From the NCBI GenBank assembly GCA_002327905.1, contig DCUY01000067.1, positions 10,764 through 74,763 of the forward strand: a stretch of 64,000 nucleotides of DNA, in the 5' to 3' direction. Positions 37,616 through 47,342 of this stretch are shown in pieces. Position 1 is the first letter of the stretch; every line of letters begins with the position of its first letter. Made by a program: the position numbers and the translations under genes. The notes below the pieces were generated by a model, which worked only from the letters and a program-made list of their open reading frames with translations, did not search any database and was not told the DNA's origin. Origin of the DNA: a candidate division WOR-3 bacterium UBA2202. GTDB taxonomy: Bacteria > Hydrothermota > 32-111.

Positions 37616-38925
37616 AACTCAATTTTATCCGGTCTTGGATTTTTCTTTGCCTCTCCCCACACAATGCTTATTGCTCTAAGTGACATGAGATTTTGAAGAA
37701 AATGCACCCAAAGAGAGCCCTCTCTTGTTAAAGAGAATCCATCCTTCTCCCTCTCTGCCCACCTTAAATATAAAAGAACTTTCATATAAAATGTAAAGTC
37801 TTTATCAGTATTTATTGAATACGATGAGTATGCAAGATTCCGCTTCATAGGAAAATAAGTATCATAGAGTCTCCAATAGAAATCATACAGCTTAGACATT
37901 TTCTTTGTGAAATTCACCCTTAATGCCACGGCATTTCCCTTTTTTCCCACTGACCTGATATATTCTTCAACAGAAAATGTATTCAAATCGAAATGAGTCT
38001 CATAATAAGAGCCGGAGCTTGCCCCGAATCCTATATATCTTTCTCTAGTCACAGAGGAATATCTCTTTGCCTCTTTTCCTTTTTTGAATGACCATACGGA
38101 ACATCTTTCATACCCTCCGTTCTCAAGAGAATCATATATCTGAAAATACATGTTTCTTCTTTTCATCACAGACGGGGATTTCACTCTCTTTATTCTTTTG
38201 AAATTCGATATTTCCGAATATGGGAATGTGAACAGCGGATAGGTCGTTATCTGGCTAGTTCCCAATGATAATGCCTTTTCTATATCATACTTCAATTGCG
38301 ATTTTGTCTCCTGCGGAAGAGCAAATAAAATATCTATGTTGACTGAATCAAAACCTGCTTTCATCACTTTGTCTATTGCTTTCTCAGCCTCTTTTGCAGT
38401 ATATTTTCTTCCTATGCTTTTAAGCAAATTGTCATCAAAACTCTGCGCCCCTATGCTTATTGAGGAGAATCCGGATTCTTTCAGAAGAGCTATCGATTCA
38501 TCAGTAATGTCATTCGGATTTGCCTCTATGCAAAAATCACCTGTTATGTCAAACCGTTCTTTTAGTGTTTTGACAATCTCATATATATTTTTTCCTGCAA
38601 GAAGAGGTGTGCCTCCTCCAAAATAGACAGAGGAGATTTTTTTACTTCCGAATCTTTCCGAATAGCTCTCAATCTCTTTTTTAAGCGCTTTCATGTATCT
38701 GTTAGAAGCATCTTTTTCGTATGGGATTCTGTTGTATGGGCAATACGGACATAAAGAGAGGCAGAAAGGAATATGCACGTACACACTTGTCTCTGCTATT
38801 CCCGACGACATTTGAGAATTGACTCTTCTGAATGTATAATCTGCTCCTCTTCCGCTCATTGCCTGTCTTACACCTCTCAAAAACTTTTCAGAGACTGATT
38901 CAATTGTATTTTTAAATAAATTCAT
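37612..38925 (-). CDS. Radical SAM enzyme, HemN/HemW (oxygen-independent coproporphyrinogen oxidase-like) family
   Basis: CLSLCPYCPY (CxxxCxxC) after VYVHIPF, and GGGTP glycine-rich SAM motif. Start trimmed to MNLFKN (38925), because the ORF-track start at 38991 would overlap the divergent promoter. Confidence 0.8.
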   Translation of the reverse strand: MNLFKNTIESVSEKFLRGVRQAMSGRGADYTFRRVNSQMSSGIAETSVYVHIPFCLSLCPYCPYNRIPYEKDASNRYMKALKKEIESYSERFGSKKISSVYFGGGTPLLAGKNIYEIVKTLKERFDITGDFCIEANPNDITDESIALLKESGFSSISIGAQSFDDNLLKSIGRKYTAKEAEKAIDKVMKAGFDSVNIDILFALPQETKSQLKYDIEKALSLGTSQITTYPLFTFPYSEISNFKRIKRVKSPSVMKRRNMYFQIYDSLENGGYERCSVWSFKKGKEAKRYSSVTRERYIGFGASSGSYYETHFDLNTFSVEEYIRSVGKKGNAVALRVNFTKKMSKLYDFYWRLYDTYFPMKRNLAYSSYSINTDKDFTFYMKVLLYLRWAEREKDGFSLTREGSLWVHFLQNLMSLRAISIVWGEAKKNPRPDKIEF

Positions 38926-38971
38926 AAAATATAGTTTACGTAAATAAACCGCAAAGTCAACAATTTTTATC

Positions 38972-38999
38972 TTGACCTTTGCCGAATTCAATGTATAAT
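38972..38999 (+). promoter_or_regulatory. Sigma-70-like promoter TTGACC-16-TGTATAAT (extended -10)
   Basis: TTGACC at 38972-38977 and TG-n-TATAAT at 38991-38999. Lies 21 nt upstream of an AAAGGAG RBS and the ATG at 39020. Confidence 0.45.
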
Positions 39000-39019
39000 T
39001 TTACTAAAAAGGAGATATT

Positions 39020-39715
39020 ATGAAAAAACTGATTTATTTAATGCTTTTATTTGCAGTAATCTTCGGATGCTCGCTTCTTCCTTCTGAAGACAGAATTCAG
39101 GGCGTCTACACCTATACGGGAATTTTTCTCTCTCAGAAACTCTTCTCTGACACTGCAAATATACTTGGCGGAGACACGGTTTTGACTGCGGGAATGATCA
39201 CTCTCAACTGGCAGACTCTCAATGCGATAGTGGGTGACAGAATAATAATTGAAAAATCAGTGGGAGATTCGCTTGGCTATGAACCTATAGATTCAGTGCC
39301 TGTAACCCAGACAGGAGCTTTTATTGATTCTATAATGTCGGGAAACACATACTATTACAAAGTATTTCTCAATAACAACGGCAAAAATACTCTTATGGAT
39401 GATTATACAATAGTCATTCCGAAACTGATAATAAATTCGCCTATGATTACTGATACAACCATCTCAGCCGATTCTTTTGACATAAAATTCTCTTCAATTG
39501 AGAATAATACAAAATACTCCATTAAACTTACAAATCTCAACGGAGATTCATTGTGGGCTGTGAAAGATGTGCAGGATACTTTCTATACCTTTACTCCGGG
39601 TCCGTATTTATCAGCAGGAGTCTATTCTCTGACAGTGACAACAATTGTTGTGGATGTTCTTAAAAGCCAGTCAATTGTTACAACTTCAGGCGTGACTCAA
39701 TTCTATGTAAAATAA
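39020..39715 (+). CDS. Lipoprotein of unknown function (beta-rich, possibly Ig/FN3-like repeats)
   Basis: Lipobox IFGCS, 231 aa, rich in T/S/Y/V. Confidence 0.45.
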   Translation: MKKLIYLMLLFAVIFGCSLLPSEDRIQGVYTYTGIFLSQKLFSDTANILGGDTVLTAGMITLNWQTLNAIVGDRIIIEKSVGDSLGYEPIDSVPVTQTGAFIDSIMSGNTYYYKVFLNNNGKNTLMDDYTIVIPKLIINSPMITDTTISADSFDIKFSSIENNTKYSIKLTNLNGDSLWAVKDVQDTFYTFTPGPYLSAGVYSLTVTTIVVDVLKSQSIVTTSGVTQFYVK

Positions 39716-39728
39716 AAAATTATCAAAC

Positions 39729-40967
39729 TTAAAGATGCGTTGTTTTACCGACGCATCTTGCATTTGTGCCTGCGATATACCCTGTTGAGAAGGCAAATTG
39801 AAGATTATATCCTCCGCAGTCTCCCGCTATATCAATAATCTCCCCTGCAAAGAAGAGATTCTTCACCAGTTTTGATTCCATGCTTTTGGGATTAATCTCA
39901 TCTGTAGCTATTCCGCCTACAGTAACCTGAGCCTCATCAAAATTGCCGTTCAATTTTACTTTTACCCTGCAGTCATTAAAAGCTCTAAAAATCTGCATTA
40001 TAGACTCTTTCTTTGTCTCTCCCACTTTCAAATCCGCATTTATTTTAATCTCTCTTATAATTATCTCCGAGAGAGAGGATGGAATTGATCCTGAAAATAT
40101 TTTTGATATCTTCTTCTCCCTGTCCTCGATTAGAGTATCATAAAACCGGTCAAAATCTCTAAATCTTCCGTTGAAAAAATCAATGGAAATAACTGCGGAT
40201 TCTTTTCCAGATACTGCGAGTCTGTTTGAAGCATCCATAACTGCCGGCCCAGAGAATCCATGATGAGTGAACAGCAGTGAACCGCTCTCTTTGAATACTC
40301 TTTTTCCTTCAATTTCAAGAGAGATGACAGATCTTAGAGTAACCCCGGACAGAGAGGCAAATCTTCCTTCCGTTTCATTAAATGATGTCAGTCCGGGTCT
40401 TAAAAAAGTCGGTCTATGCCCGAGTGATTCCGCAATTTTGTATCCTCCGCCACTGCCGAATCTCTTTGAATAGGACTTTCCGCCGGTGCAGATTATAACG
40501 GCTGACGATTGGAAGATTCCCGAGCTTGTCTTTATCTCATACAATCCGTCTGTTATTTTTACTTCTTCTGCTGTCGCTTTGCATATTATCTCGACATTAT
40601 TTTCAATCATCTTCTTTTTCAATGCCGACAAAATTGTTTTGCTTTTTTCTGTTAAAGGGTAATATCTTTCGCCTTCTTTTAAGAAAGGCACATTCAAATC
40701 ACTGAAAAATTCAATTAAATCATTATTTGAAAACCGCGCAAAAACATTTTTTACAAATAAATGATTACTACCCACATAATCATCTTCAGAGATTCTTTCA
40801 TTCGTGATATTGCATCTAAAATTTCCAGTTATAGGAAGTTTGCCACCAGCTTCTTCATTTTTGTCAAAGAGAACAACTGAAGCATTGTTTTCGGATGCAA
40901 ATATTGAGGAGAATATTCCGGCAGGGCCTCCTCCTATGACTGCAATGTCAAAAACGCTCTTCTTCAA
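39729..40967 (-). CDS. HI0933/YhiN-like FAD-dependent oxidoreductase
   Basis: VIGGGPAGIFSSIFASENNASVVLFDKNEEAGGK dinucleotide-binding motif. 412 aa. C-terminal GEIIDIAGDCGGYNLQFAFSTG is typical of the family. Confidence 0.8.
   Translation of the reverse strand: MKKSVFDIAVIGGGPAGIFSSIFASENNASVVLFDKNEEAGGKLPITGNFRCNITNERISEDDYVGSNHLFVKNVFARFSNNDLIEFFSDLNVPFLKEGERYYPLTEKSKTILSALKKKMIENNVEIICKATAEEVKITDGLYEIKTSSGIFQSSAVIICTGGKSYSKRFGSGGGYKIAESLGHRPTFLRPGLTSFNETEGRFASLSGVTLRSVISLEIEGKRVFKESGSLLFTHHGFSGPAVMDASNRLAVSGKESAVISIDFFNGRFRDFDRFYDTLIEDREKKISKIFSGSIPSSLSEIIIREIKINADLKVGETKKESIMQIFRAFNDCRVKVKLNGNFDEAQVTVGGIATDEINPKSMESKLVKNLFFAGEIIDIAGDCGGYNLQFAFSTGYIAGTNARCVGKTTHL
39732..39759. terminator. 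Candidate bidirectional hairpin between convergent genes
   Basis: 9-bp perfect stem AAGATGCGT / ACGCATCTT with a 10-nt loop. It overlaps the last codons of the minus-strand flavoprotein gene and sits 17 nt after the plus-strand stop. U-tracts are weak. Confidence 0.25.
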
Positions 40968-41574
40968 ATGATTTTAAGTAATGATTGATATTTAAATTTC
41001 TCAGCATCCATCCTCTGCCTTCTTCTATCAGTTCAAGAATTGAAAGAGACGCAGTATCCACCTGAAGCCTCCAAAAATATGGCTTATTGATATTCAGAAG
41101 CCCTGATATGAGAGGTTTGATTACAGCTCTGTGAGTCACTATCAAAACTCCGTTCTCTTCATCCCTGCATAATTCATTTGCGGCTTCAACGGTTCTTCTT
41201 CTGACTGAATCAAGAGTCTCCATGCCTTTCACATTTAGATTCTCAGGGTCATTGACCCAGATTTTCCACTCATCAGGGAATTTCTCTTTAATATCGGTTT
41301 TGTATCTGTTCTCCCAATCTCCGAGAAAAATATTATTGAATCTCTCATCAATATTTACTCTTATGTTTTTTCTCCTGCTTATTATTTCGGCTGTCTTTGA
41401 TGCTCTTATTAGCGGACTTGAGTAGATTCTGCTTATTTTTATTTTACAAAGAAAATGAGAGGCATCCTCAGCCTGCATCTTTCCCCTTTCAGTCAGCGGG
41501 AAATCAGTTCTTCCCCTGAATTTTCCGTCTTTATTTCCCTCGCTCTCTCCGTGGCGCAACAAATATAAAAGCAT
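40948..41574 (-). CDS. Histidine phosphatase family protein (phosphoglycerate mutase/CobC-like)
   Basis: LLRHGESEGN catalytic RHG motif. 208 aa. Confidence 0.75.
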   Translation of the reverse strand: MLLYLLRHGESEGNKDGKFRGRTDFPLTERGKMQAEDASHFLCKIKISRIYSSPLIRASKTAEIISRRKNIRVNIDERFNNIFLGDWENRYKTDIKEKFPDEWKIWVNDPENLNVKGMETLDSVRRRTVEAANELCRDEENGVLIVTHRAVIKPLISGLLNINKPYFWRLQVDTASLSILELIEEGRGWMLRNLNINHYLKSFEEERF

Positions 41575-43763
41575 CAGCTCTCCTTTTTTTGTTCCATAAA
41601 TGTCTGAAAATTGTACACTGAGGGCTTCACATAAAAACTCCCCAGCACATGCTTTCCGTAGCTCTTTGTGAGGATTCTTTCGTCAAGTATATAAATCTCT
41701 CCTTTGTCGTCATTCTTTCTTATAAGCCTCCCCATTCCCTGCTTGAGCCTTATTATTGCCTGAGGCAGAGTGTACTCTCTGAACGGGTTAATCTGATTCT
41801 CCTCCATCACCCTGCATCTTCTTCTGATTATCGGGTCATCAGGCACGGCAAACGGCATTTTTAAAATAACTATGATTTCCAAAAGGTCTCCGGGAAGGTC
41901 AACTCCCTCCCAAAACATATTGGTTCCGACTAAAATTGAAGCCTTCCTCTGCTTATGCATATGAAGCAGTTTGTCTCCATTCTCCTCCTTCTTCTGAAAC
42001 AAAAATCTTTTGTCATTGAATCTTTTTTTCAAAAAATCAATCTGTGCGTATGATGTCGCCAATATGAACATTCTTTTGTCGCTTGATGATAACACCTGTA
42101 TTATTTGGGATGCCTTCTCCATGAATCCGTCCGAGTTCGGATCATCCATACCATTGAAGCATATCACCTTCATCTGTTCTTCATAATTGAAAGAGGACTC
42201 GTATGAATTTTCAAAGTGCGCGCGTTTTGTCTGATTTATTCCTGTCTGCTTTTTGAACATTTCAAATGAATTTGAAGCAGTCAGAGTGGCGGATGTGAAG
42301 ATGAATGAAATATCTTCCCGCGAGAGCATCGCCTTTAAGAAAGGTTCTCCCGTATCTACTGGAAGTCCGTTTAAAATTATGTTTTTTCTGTTCGGAACAT
42401 ATTCATAGAAAAATGCATACTCTTCATTGTCAGCCTGTGAATTAACTGCAAAAGACTCAAAGAATCTGTTAGTTTTTTCAAATATGTATTTCAGAGTCTG
42501 ATAAATATCAAGCATCCTGAATTTCTCTTCTTTAAGAAGTTTTATTCCCCTGTCTGCATTATCCGATATCGCAAAAAGCTTCCCGCTTATAAGCCTCACT
42601 CTCTCTTCGGCGCCTCTGAATATTCTTGATGAATATTCATTTCTCTCCTTATTCTCCGTCTCTGCAATATCAAGTATAAACCTGTAAAGAATGTCAATTT
42701 CATCCGTAGCATCATTCATGGTTGAAAGAAGATTCTCAAAATAATTCACAGCATCTGTGGAGAGGTTTGACGACCTGATGAATTTCATTTGACCTCTGAA
42801 TGTGTGCGTGAAGTAATTCATTGTTTTTAGAACATACAAAAAATCAAATTTATATGAATAAATATCAGTTATGGCATTCTCCAGATTGTGCGCTTCGTCA
42901 AAGACTATACAGTCATATTCTCCGAGGAATTTATTTCCGAGTTCTGCATCTATAAGAGACAGATAATGATTTGTAAAGACTATCTGACTTGTCAATGCCT
43001 TCTCTTTCACCTTCAAATAATGGCATATGCCGCTAAACGGGCAGGTATTTTCAACACAGTATTCATTGTCACAGGTTATGTCTCCCCTATCAAGGTCATG
43101 ATGATACTTCAATTCGCTCAAGTCCCCTGAATTTGTAAAAAGCAGAAAACCTTCAAGAGCAAGCTTGGTCAAAGGAGAAAAATTGCTTATATTTTCATTG
43201 TACTTCATGAAACAAAAATAATTCCCTATGCCTTTTAACATTGATGCGGAGACTGATATTCCCGTATAATCCGATGCGGTTTCAAGGTCCTTGTCAAACA
43301 GTTGCATCTGCAGGTTCTTCGTATTGGTTGAAATCACAGCTCTCTTTGAATCTCCTAAATTCTTAATGAGAGGTATAAGATACGCAAGTGATTTGCCTGT
43401 TCCGGGAGGAGCCTCCGCAATAAGAATATTCTGACTGCCTATAGCCTCGTTGATATCATCCATCATATTGAGCTGTCCTCTCCTTTTTTCAAGGTCGAAA
43501 GTCAATTTTTTCGGATAAGTTATTTTAAAGGATGAATCTACTTTTTGAAAAAAATGTTTTTTTGAAAATTTCATCTCTTCGGAAATATAATCGGAAAAAG
43601 GCCCCGGAGTATAATTTAGAAGAAATGAATTCAGAAGAGAGTCATTATAATGGGATATTCTATCCTTAAAAGCCTTTTCGGAGAAATTGCCTGTTTTATC
43701 AAACAGAATGGCATTCTTTTCTTCTTCGGAGATTCTGGAAAAGAGAGAAGATTTCTTATCCAA
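41574..43763 (-). CDS. dinG: ATP-dependent DNA helicase, DinG/Rad3 (XPD) family
   Basis: Walker A APPGTGKSLAYL, DEAH box (FDEAHNLE), four-Cys Fe-S cluster insert (CDNEYCVENTCPFSGIC), and C-terminal helicase motifs. Confidence 0.8.
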   Translation of the reverse strand: MDKKSSLFSRISEEEKNAILFDKTGNFSEKAFKDRISHYNDSLLNSFLLNYTPGPFSDYISEEMKFSKKHFFQKVDSSFKITYPKKLTFDLEKRRGQLNMMDDINEAIGSQNILIAEAPPGTGKSLAYLIPLIKNLGDSKRAVISTNTKNLQMQLFDKDLETASDYTGISVSASMLKGIGNYFCFMKYNENISNFSPLTKLALEGFLLFTNSGDLSELKYHHDLDRGDITCDNEYCVENTCPFSGICHYLKVKEKALTSQIVFTNHYLSLIDAELGNKFLGEYDCIVFDEAHNLENAITDIYSYKFDFLYVLKTMNYFTHTFRGQMKFIRSSNLSTDAVNYFENLLSTMNDATDEIDILYRFILDIAETENKERNEYSSRIFRGAEERVRLISGKLFAISDNADRGIKLLKEEKFRMLDIYQTLKYIFEKTNRFFESFAVNSQADNEEYAFFYEYVPNRKNIILNGLPVDTGEPFLKAMLSREDISFIFTSATLTASNSFEMFKKQTGINQTKRAHFENSYESSFNYEEQMKVICFNGMDDPNSDGFMEKASQIIQVLSSSDKRMFILATSYAQIDFLKKRFNDKRFLFQKKEENGDKLLHMHKQRKASILVGTNMFWEGVDLPGDLLEIIVILKMPFAVPDDPIIRRRCRVMEENQINPFREYTLPQAIIRLKQGMGRLIRKNDDKGEIYILDERILTKSYGKHVLGSFYVKPSVYNFQTFMEQKKES

Positions 43764-45447
43764 CTGTTGCTTTCATTACCTCTTCTAAAGTTGTTATTCC
43801 CGCTTTAACTTTTATAAGCCCATCCTCTCTCAGCATCATAACTCCCTCTCGCCTCGCCTGCATTCTGAGTTCTTCCGTAGGAGCCTGCTTCACTATCATC
43901 TCTCTTAAAGTGTGGGTGAGAGGAAGAATCTCAAATATTCCGACTCGTCCCTTGTATCCTGTGTTTCCGCACTGCATGCAGCCCTTTCCAAGCATGAATT
44001 TTGCTCCGCGCATATACTCCGGATTTACTCCGTATCTTATAAGTTCGTCGTCAGAGACATCAACCTGAGTTCCGCAATGTTTGCACACTCTTCTTATAAG
44101 CCTCTGCGCCTCTATAAGAATAATGGCTGAAGCAACTTTATACGCCTCGATTCCCATGTCCTGAAGCCTTGAAATTGTGGCAATAGTGTCATTAGTGTGA
44201 AGAGTCGATAAGACAAGATGCCCTGTCAATGCCGCTTTTATTGCAATGTTTCCTGTTTCAAGGTCTCGTATCTCTCCCACCATGATTATATCCGGATCCT
44301 GCCTGAGAAATGCCTTCAATGCGGTTGAAAATGTATATCCAATGTTCTCCCTCACATTGACCTGATTTATTCCGATAAAATCATATTCTATAGGGTCCTC
44401 TGCAGTGGTTATATTGACATTCGGAGTATTCAATCTCGAAATCACAGAGTAAAGAGTGACTGTCTTTCCGCTTCCCGTGGGCCCTGTTACGAGTATAATT
44501 CCATTCGGCCTTTCAATAGACTCTATAAAATCATTGTATGCTTTTCTGCTAAGCCCTATGTCTTCAAGCTTCAGAAGAGATGACTTTTCGGCGATTCTCA
44601 TGCAAATCTTCTCTCCGTGCGCAGTCGGAAGAGTCGACACTCTTAGGTCAATCGATTTTTCGGCAACCTTCATTCCTATTCTTCCGTCCTGAGGGATCCT
44701 TCTCTCTGATATATTCAGCCCAGCCATTATCTTCAGTCTGGATGTGATTGCGGGACCCATTGTATATTGCGGACTCATCACTTCCTTCAATTCTCCATCA
44801 ACCCTGTATCTCACTCTCAATATTTTTTCAAACGGCTCTATATGTATGTCAGATGCGCCCTGCCTCACTGCCTCAACTATTATTCCGTTCACAAGCTTGA
44901 CAACCGGAGCGGCATCGACATCAATCAGCAACTGCTGAGCATCAGGCATCTTTTCTTCTTCAATAATCTCAATGTCTTCGTCGTTGATTCCCATTTCCAG
45001 CAATACATCAGCCATGGAACCCGCAACACCATAGTATTTTTCGATTGCCTGAGAAATAAGATTCTCGCTTGCCACCAAAGGCACCACATTATATCCTGTT
45101 GCGAATTTAATATCCTCTATAGTATAGACATCGACAGGATTCGCCATTGCAAGAAAGAGATTCTTGCCCTCTCTCCTTATAGGTATAACCTGAAATTTCT
45201 GAGCTATCTGGGGGGATATTGTCTTTAGAGTCATTGGTTCAATCTCAAGGGAATCAAATGAGACTACCCCCACATTGTACTGCTTTCCCAATGTATGGGA
45301 TATCTGTTCGTCAGTGACAAAATTCATCTGCACCAAAATACTGCCAAGCCTTCCGCCATTGTCTTTCTGCTCGGCGAGTGCGTGTTTCAGCTGATCCATA
45401 TTGATGAGTCCTTCATCAATCAGCATGTCTCCAAGTCGTTTCCACAT
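43756..45447 (-). CDS. pilB: Type IV pilus assembly ATPase PilB (GspE family)
   Basis: N-terminal T2SSE_N domain. Walker A GPTGSGKT, Asp and His boxes. Tetracysteine zinc motif CKHCG...CMQCGNTGYKGR. 563 aa. Confidence 0.9.
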   Translation of the reverse strand: MWKRLGDMLIDEGLINMDQLKHALAEQKDNGGRLGSILVQMNFVTDEQISHTLGKQYNVGVVSFDSLEIEPMTLKTISPQIAQKFQVIPIRREGKNLFLAMANPVDVYTIEDIKFATGYNVVPLVASENLISQAIEKYYGVAGSMADVLLEMGINDEDIEIIEEEKMPDAQQLLIDVDAAPVVKLVNGIIVEAVRQGASDIHIEPFEKILRVRYRVDGELKEVMSPQYTMGPAITSRLKIMAGLNISERRIPQDGRIGMKVAEKSIDLRVSTLPTAHGEKICMRIAEKSSLLKLEDIGLSRKAYNDFIESIERPNGIILVTGPTGSGKTVTLYSVISRLNTPNVNITTAEDPIEYDFIGINQVNVRENIGYTFSTALKAFLRQDPDIIMVGEIRDLETGNIAIKAALTGHLVLSTLHTNDTIATISRLQDMGIEAYKVASAIILIEAQRLIRRVCKHCGTQVDVSDDELIRYGVNPEYMRGAKFMLGKGCMQCGNTGYKGRVGIFEILPLTHTLREMIVKQAPTEELRMQARREGVMMLREDGLIKVKAGITTLEEVMKATVG

Positions 45448-45526
45448 ACATTCCCCCTTAGAGGTTAAAGAGTTATTTTATCAATTATATTCGTTTTAGT
45501 CAATAAGCAAATTTTTATCATATATA

Positions 45527-45554
45527 TTGACTGTTAAATACAATTATATATAAT
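45527..45554 (+). promoter_or_regulatory. Sigma-70-like promoter TTGACT-16-TATAAT upstream of leuC
   Basis: TTGACT at 45527-45532 and TATAAT at 45549-45554, followed by an AAAGGAG RBS at 45568-45574. Confidence 0.4.
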
Positions 45555-45578
45555 ATGTCAATAATAAAAGGAGACATA

Positions 45579-46826
45579 ATGCCTAAAACTATTATTGAAA
45601 AAATTTTTCAAAAACATTCCAAGGACAATGTAAAAGCGGGTGAAATAATCTGGCTTGAAATTGACCTCAAAACTGCAAGGGATTTCGGAGGAGCAAATGT
45701 AGTAAAGACATTGAATGGATGTTGCAAAGCAAATCCGATAAAAGACAAAGAAAACACCTACTTCACATTTGACACAAATGCTCCCGCCCGTGATATAGGT
45801 TATGCCACGAACCAGATGATAATCCGTGATTTTGCGGCAAAAGAGAATCTTAAAGTTTATGATGTTGATCAGGGAATAGGGTCACATATAGGCATAGAAC
45901 TCGGACAGGTTTATCCCGGAGTCACAGTTGTAGGAACGGACAGTCATCTCAATATAATGGGAGCAGTCTGCGCATTCGGCCAGGGAATGGGAGACCTTGA
46001 CATAGCATACATATTCAAGTCAGGCAGAACATGGTTTGAAGTTCCGCACACAATCAAACTCAATTTGAAGGGAAAATACAAATATCCGGTGACAGCAAAA
46101 GATGTGACTCTTTTTATACTTAAAAATCTTGGAGCATCCGGAGCATTGGGATGTGCAGTGGAAGTATACGGTGAAGCAATTGATTCAATGAAATTGCATG
46201 AGAGAATCACTCTTGCAAGCATGGCGACCGAGATGGGGGCGATCACAATACTTATTCCTGCCAATGACGAAATAATCGAATACACGAAGAAGCATTCCGG
46301 AAGAAACGACATAGTAAAAATCGAAGCTGATTCCGACGCTGTATATATAAAGGAGATAACATTAGACCTCAACGGACTCAAGCCTCAGATAGCGAATCCG
46401 CCGAAACCTGACAATGTATCAGATGTCTTTGCTGTTGAAGGCAAAAAAATCAATTCCGTATTTGTCGGGTCATGCACAAACGGACGAATAGAAGATATTA
46501 AGCAGGTGATTGACATTGTCAAAGGCAAAAGAATAAAAGAGGATGTAATGTTCAAAATAGTTCCCGCCACAAGAGAGGTGTATGGAGAGATGCTTAAAAA
46601 CGGATATCTCGAAATTCTTTTCAATTCCGGAATCATTGTATCAAATCCCGGATGCGGAGGCTGCGCAAGCGGACAGATAGGAATGACAGGGCCGAATGAA
46701 GTACAGTTGTCAACCTCAAACAGAAATTTCGCAGGAAAGCAGGGAAAGGGAGACACTTACATTGTCTCTCCTGTAGTGGCGGCATATTCTGCTCTTAAAG
46801 GCGTAATTTCCTATCCAAAGGAGTAA
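45579..46826 (+). CDS. leuC: Aconitase-family dehydratase large subunit (LeuC-type; 3-isopropylmalate/citramalate/homoaconitate dehydratase)
   Basis: Archaeal-type small LeuC with Fe-S ligand cysteines (GSCTNGR, PGCGGCASG). Start reassigned to the ATG at 45579, which follows the RBS. The ORF-track start at 45555 lies inside the -10 element. Confidence 0.8.
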   Translation: MPKTIIEKIFQKHSKDNVKAGEIIWLEIDLKTARDFGGANVVKTLNGCCKANPIKDKENTYFTFDTNAPARDIGYATNQMIIRDFAAKENLKVYDVDQGIGSHIGIELGQVYPGVTVVGTDSHLNIMGAVCAFGQGMGDLDIAYIFKSGRTWFEVPHTIKLNLKGKYKYPVTAKDVTLFILKNLGASGALGCAVEVYGEAIDSMKLHERITLASMATEMGAITILIPANDEIIEYTKKHSGRNDIVKIEADSDAVYIKEITLDLNGLKPQIANPPKPDNVSDVFAVEGKKINSVFVGSCTNGRIEDIKQVIDIVKGKRIKEDVMFKIVPATREVYGEMLKNGYLEILFNSGIIVSNPGCGGCASGQIGMTGPNEVQLSTSNRNFAGKQGKGDTYIVSPVVAAYSALKGVISYPKE

Positions 46827-46829
46827 AAA

Positions 46830-47342
46830 ATGGAAAAAATATTGAATGGCAGAATCTGGGTTATTGCTGATAAAGATGGAAAAAAAATCAATGATATAGA
46901 TACTGACATGATTTTTCACAACAGATACCTTGCAATAACGGATATTTCCAAAATGGGAGAATATTCCTTTGACAATCTCAAAGATTGGGAGGATTTTTCC
47001 AAAAAGGCAAAAAAAGGCGACATCCTTATAGTCGGAGAGAATTTCGGCGCAGGTTCTTCAAGACAGCAGGCAGTTGATTGCTTCATTTCATTGGGAATTC
47101 AGGCAATTGTGGGAGAATCCTTCGGAGCAATTTATAAAAGAAACGCAATCAATTCAGGAATACCTCTCATTGAAGCTGTCGGAATATTTTCAAATGGGAA
47201 ATTTTCTTCAGGAGAAGAAATCGAGCTGAATATTGTATCTGGAGAAATTAAAAATATTTCACAAAACAAGATTTTCAAAGCATCCCCATTGTCTAAAGTC
47301 GCCATGGATATCTACGAAGCAAAGGGTTTGATGAATCTTTGA
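46830..47342 (+). CDS. leuD: Aconitase-family dehydratase small subunit (LeuD-type)
   Basis: 170 aa swivel domain with GENFGAGSSRQQA. Confidence 0.75.
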   Translation: MEKILNGRIWVIADKDGKKINDIDTDMIFHNRYLAITDISKMGEYSFDNLKDWEDFSKKAKKGDILIVGENFGAGSSRQQAVDCFISLGIQAIVGESFGAIYKRNAINSGIPLIEAVGIFSNGKFSSGEEIELNIVSGEIKNISQNKIFKASPLSKVAMDIYEAKGLMNL

